Positions 59,838 through 64,000 of a DNA stretch of 64,000 bases are shown one piece after another. Made by a program: the position numbers and the translations under genes. The stretch spans positions 77,775 through 141,774 of the forward strand of contig JAQGDQ010000557.1 in the NCBI GenBank assembly GCA_030141605.1, given 5' to 3'. The DNA is from Tubiluchus corallicola (Eukaryota > Animalia > Priapulida). The notes beneath the pieces were generated by a model. That model was not told where the DNA came from, did not search any database, and saw only the letters and a program-made list of their open reading frames with translations. The first letter of the stretch is position 1. Each line of letters opens with the position of its first letter.

Positions 59838-61608
59838 ATACATTTAGTTTCAACTTTATTTATTTGTACATTTTGTCTACATTTAGTTTCAACTTTATTT
59901 ATTTGTACATTTAGTCTACATTTAGTTTCAACTTTATTTATTTGTACATTTAGTCTACATTTAGTTTCAACTTTATTTATTTGTACATTTAGTCTACATT
60001 TAGTTTCAACTTTATTTATTTGTACATTTTGTCTACATTTAGTTTCAACTTTATTTATTTGTACATTTAGTCTACATTTAGTTTCAACTTTATTTATTTG
60101 TACATTTAGTCTACATTTAGTTTCAACTTTATTTATTTGTACATTTAGTCTACATTTAGTTTCAACTTTATTTATTTGTACATTTTGTCTACATTTAGTT
60201 CCAACTTTATTTATTTGTACTTTTTGTCTACATTTAGTTTCAACTTTATTTATTTGTACATTTAGTCTACATTTAGTTTAAACTTTATTTATTTGTACAT
60301 TTTGTCTACATTTAGTTTCAACTTTATTTATTTGTACATTTAGTCTACATTTAGTTTAAACTTTATTTATTTGTACATTTTGTCTACATTTAGTTTCAAC
60401 TTTATTTATTTATACATTTTGTCTACATTTAGTTTAAACTTTATTTATTTGTACATTTTGTCTACATTTAGTTTCAACTTTATTTATTTATACATTTTGT
60501 CTACATTTAGTTTAAACTTTATTTATTTATACATTTAGTCTACATTTAGTTTAAACTTGATTTATTTATACATTTTGTCTATATGTAGCTTAAACTTTAT
60601 TTATTTATAAATTTAGTCTACATTTAGTTTAAACTTTATTTATTTATACAATTAGGCTACATTTAATTTAAACTTTATTTATTTATACATTTAGTCTATA
60701 TGTAGCTTAAACTTTATTTATTTATAAATTTAGTCTACATTTAGTTTAAACTTTATTTATTTATACATTTAGTCTATATGTAGCTTAAACTTTATTTATT
60801 TATAAATTTAGTCTACATTTAGTTTAAACTTTATTTATTTATACATTTAGTCTATATGTAGCTTAAACTTTATTTATTTATAAATTTAGTCTACATTTAG
60901 TTTAAACTTTATTTATTTATACATTTAGTCTATATGTAGCTTAAACTTTATTTATTTATAAATTTAGTCTACATTTAGTTTAAACTTTATTTATTTATAC
61001 ATTTAGTCTATATGTAGCTTAAACTTTATTTATTTATAAATTTAGTCTACATTTAGTTTAAACTTTATTTATTTATACATTTAGTCTATATGTAGCTTAA
61101 ACTTTATTTATTTATAAATTTAGTCTACATTTAGTTTAAACTTTATTTATTTATACATTTAGTCTATATGTAGCTTAAACTTTATTTATTTATAAATTTA
61201 GTCTACATTTAGTTTAAACTTTATTTATTTATACATTTAGTCTATATGTAGCTTAAACTTTATTTATTTATAAATTTAGTCTACATTTAGTTTAAACTTT
61301 ATTTATTTATACATTTAGTCTATATGTAGCTTAAACTTTATTTATTTATAAATTTAGTCTACATTTAGTTTAAACTTTATTTATTTATACATTTAGTCTA
61401 TATGTAGCTTAAACTTTATTTATTTATAAATTTAGTCTACATTTAGTTTAAACTTTATTTATTTATACATTTAGTCTATATGTAGCTTAAACTTTATTTA
61501 TTTATAAATTTAGTCTACATTTAGTTTAAACTTTATTTATTTATACATTTAGTCTACATTTAATTTAAACTTTATTTATTTATACATTTAGTCTACATTT
61601 AGTTTAAA
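59838..61608. repeat. 39-bp AT-rich minisatellite, becoming a 78-bp dimer array on the right
   Basis: Unit atttagtttcaactttatttatttgtacatttagtctac; 13-aa periodic ORF. Confidence 0.95.
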
Positions 61609-61647
61609 AACATAATTTATCGAGTTAAGATTCATTTAGTTTAGTAT

Positions 61648-62853
61648 AGTTTAAACTTGATTTATTTATAGTTGATTTACAAAACAGACTGGATCTGATA
61701 CAGGTATCTCTACGGCGCAAGTTACTTTAGTTTAAACTTGATTGATTTATAGTTGATTTACAAAACAGACTGGATCTGATACAGGTATCTCTACGGCGCA
61801 AGTTACTTTAGTTTAAACTTGATTTATTTATAGTGGATTTACAAAACAGACTGGATCTGATACAGGTATCTCTACGGCGCAAGTTACTTTAGTTTAAACT
61901 TGATTTATTTATAGTAGATTTACAAAACAGACTGGATCTGATACAGGTATCTCCACGGTGCAAGTTACTTTAGTTTAAACTTGATTGATTTATAGTTGAT
62001 TTACAAAACAGACTGGATCTGATACAGGTATCTCCACGGTGCAAGTTACTTTAGTTTAAACTTGATTTATTTATAGTTGATTTACAAAACAGACTGGATC
62101 TGATACAGGTATCTCCACGGTGCAAGTTACTTTAGTTTAAACTTGATTGATTTATAGTTGATTTAAAACAGACTGGATCTGATACAGGTATCTCCACGGT
62201 GCAAGTTACTTTAGTTTAAACTTGATTTATTTATAGTAGATTTACAAAACAGACTGGATCTGATACAGGTATCTCTACGGTGCAAGTTACTTTAGTTTAA
62301 ACTTGATTTATTTATAGTTGATTTACAAAACAGACTGGATCTGATACAGGTATCTCTACGGTGCAAGTTACTTTAGTTTAAACTTGATTTATTTAAAGTG
62401 AATTTACAAAACAGACTGGATCTGATACAGGTATCTCCACGGTGCAAGTTACTTTAGTTTAAACTTGATTGATTTATAGTGGAATTACAAAACAGACTGG
62501 ATCTGATACAGGTATCTCCACGGTGCAAGTTACTTTAGTTTAAACTTGATTGATTTATAGTTGAATTACAAAACAGACTGGATCTGATACAGGTATCTCC
62601 ACGGTGCAAGTTACTTTAGTTTAAACTTGATTTATTTATAGTTGATTTACAAAACAGACTGGATCTGATACAGGTATCTCTACGGTGCAAGTTATTTTAG
62701 TTTAAACTTGATTTATTTATAGTTGATTTACAAAACAGACTGGATCTGATACAGGTATCTCCACGGTGCAAGTTACTTTAGTTTAAACTTGATTTATTTA
62801 TAGTTGATTTACAAAACAGACTGGATCTGATACAGGTATCTCTACGGTGCAAG
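61648..62853. repeat. 81-bp minisatellite, about 15 copies
   Basis: agtttaaacttg recurs at 61648, 61729, 61810 and onward; unit contains caaaacagactggatctgatacaggtatctc. Confidence 0.95.
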
Positions 62854-64000
62854 TGCTGAGTGAAAAGTGCTGATAAAAGAATAACGGGCATCACAACTAA
62901 TAATTATCTCACTCGATTTTGATAAAACATTAGATTTATTTACAAAGTGAGCAGTTGTTTTTTTGCTGGAGAAGGCCTGCAATAAATAAGTTTGTTTTTG
63001 CTTTTACCAATGAAATTTTTTGACTAGCACAATGTATACTCGATTATATTTAATTGCTTACCTTGTCACTATGCATGTTTTTCTGATTTCGTTTGACAAA
63101 TCGTCCATTGCACAGGAGAATATGACACAATATACAAATAATAAATATGACACGCGTTAATTGCTTCATGTTAATGAGGATTATTACAGCAAGCTATACG
63201 CATTTTCTTATTTTAACAAACCAATATCAGCATGGAGTATATACTCTTCAGAGAGAGTGTTTGTTAGAGAGGTCTGTAGGTCTACAGTAGGGGTCTGGAT
63301 CTTCGAAATACCTAATGTAACTACCGTTCAAAGTTTAGTTACAGTGCACACAGTTTAATACGTTGATTAGGTCTCCTCTTTTATAAAAGCATTTTTAGTT
63401 AAATAAATCGTAGAGTAGATTACTAAACTTCGTGTAATGAAACTTATAAATTGTTTTACTACGATGTTTTTTGTAATGCACATTACTAACAGGTAAAAAT
63501 TTGTAAAAGTGCAATAAGGTTTGGCGCGGTCTTTTTTCTTTAATAAACCCGCGAAAGTAAAGAAAATTAATTAAGTTTAAAACTATTCCACAGAGCCATT
63601 TACAGTTTCATTTTGAAATAGTTAAAATTTATTTTGTATTAATAATAATAAAGCAGGACGACGCGACAGTAACATGCACAGGGCGCCACGAAAATTGAGA
63701 GCCCCATTATTATCAGATCCAATCACGGATCACCAAATATTTTGTTTGATAATGAGAAAGGTAAAGAATCGACGTGAACGGTGAACACAAGAGGGCATAG
63801 TCGTACTACCGTACTAAATTCACTGTGTGAAGTGTTCGCGCACAACTTATCAATTTACTAGACGACTTACTCGACCACATGATTGTGACTCGAGAATCCT
63901 TACAAAATTATAATCCTGTAGTATTATACAGAAATATATTCGAAAAATTCCAAACTGATCACCCATCTTGCTTTATTATCCATAGTTTATTATAGCAGTT

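Noticed and set aside
59733-60281. Hydrophobic 182-aa membrane-like ORF
   Set aside because: Translation of the 39-bp AT-rich minisatellite.
61648-62853. CRISPR-like array
   Set aside because: Units are contiguous near-identical repeats with no unique spacers, there are no cas genes, and the context is eukaryotic.

Overview
Intron-rich, AT-rich invertebrate (metazoan) genomic DNA; nothing prokaryotic (no CRISPR, rRNA or intact tRNA seen). Two partial genes lie on the minus strand. (1) ~991-34212: 33 phase-consistent exons of the central part of a KMT2C/KMT2D (MLL3/4, trr/Lpt-type) histone H3K4 methyltransferase, including the HMG box, LxxLL boxes, a conserved coiled coil and a 3.57-kb Ser/Thr-rich exon; neither the PHD fingers nor the SET domain is in the window. 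(2) ~38270-59021: 13 exons of a mosaic extracellular protein (SRCR-C-type lectin-kringle-LDLa-PAN-LDLa-SRCR), an architecture like Tequila/GRAAL-type modular proteases. Both genes break off facing each other across a ~4-kb gap containing an 18-bp minisatellite and an RTE element. Introns carry many non-autonomous transposons (pogo-, Harbinger-, hAT- and piggyBac-like MITEs, three solo LTRs, LINE fragments) and minisatellites of 18, 39, 48 and 81 bp. Leading observations: tandem Taspase1-like cleavage motifs in the KMT2C/D orthologue, the double-truncation junction, a shifted splice donor inside a conserved motif, inverted MITEs bracketing an in-frame 726-nt exon block, and an 805-codon repeat ORF inside the kringle intron. 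All exon boundaries were read by eye.
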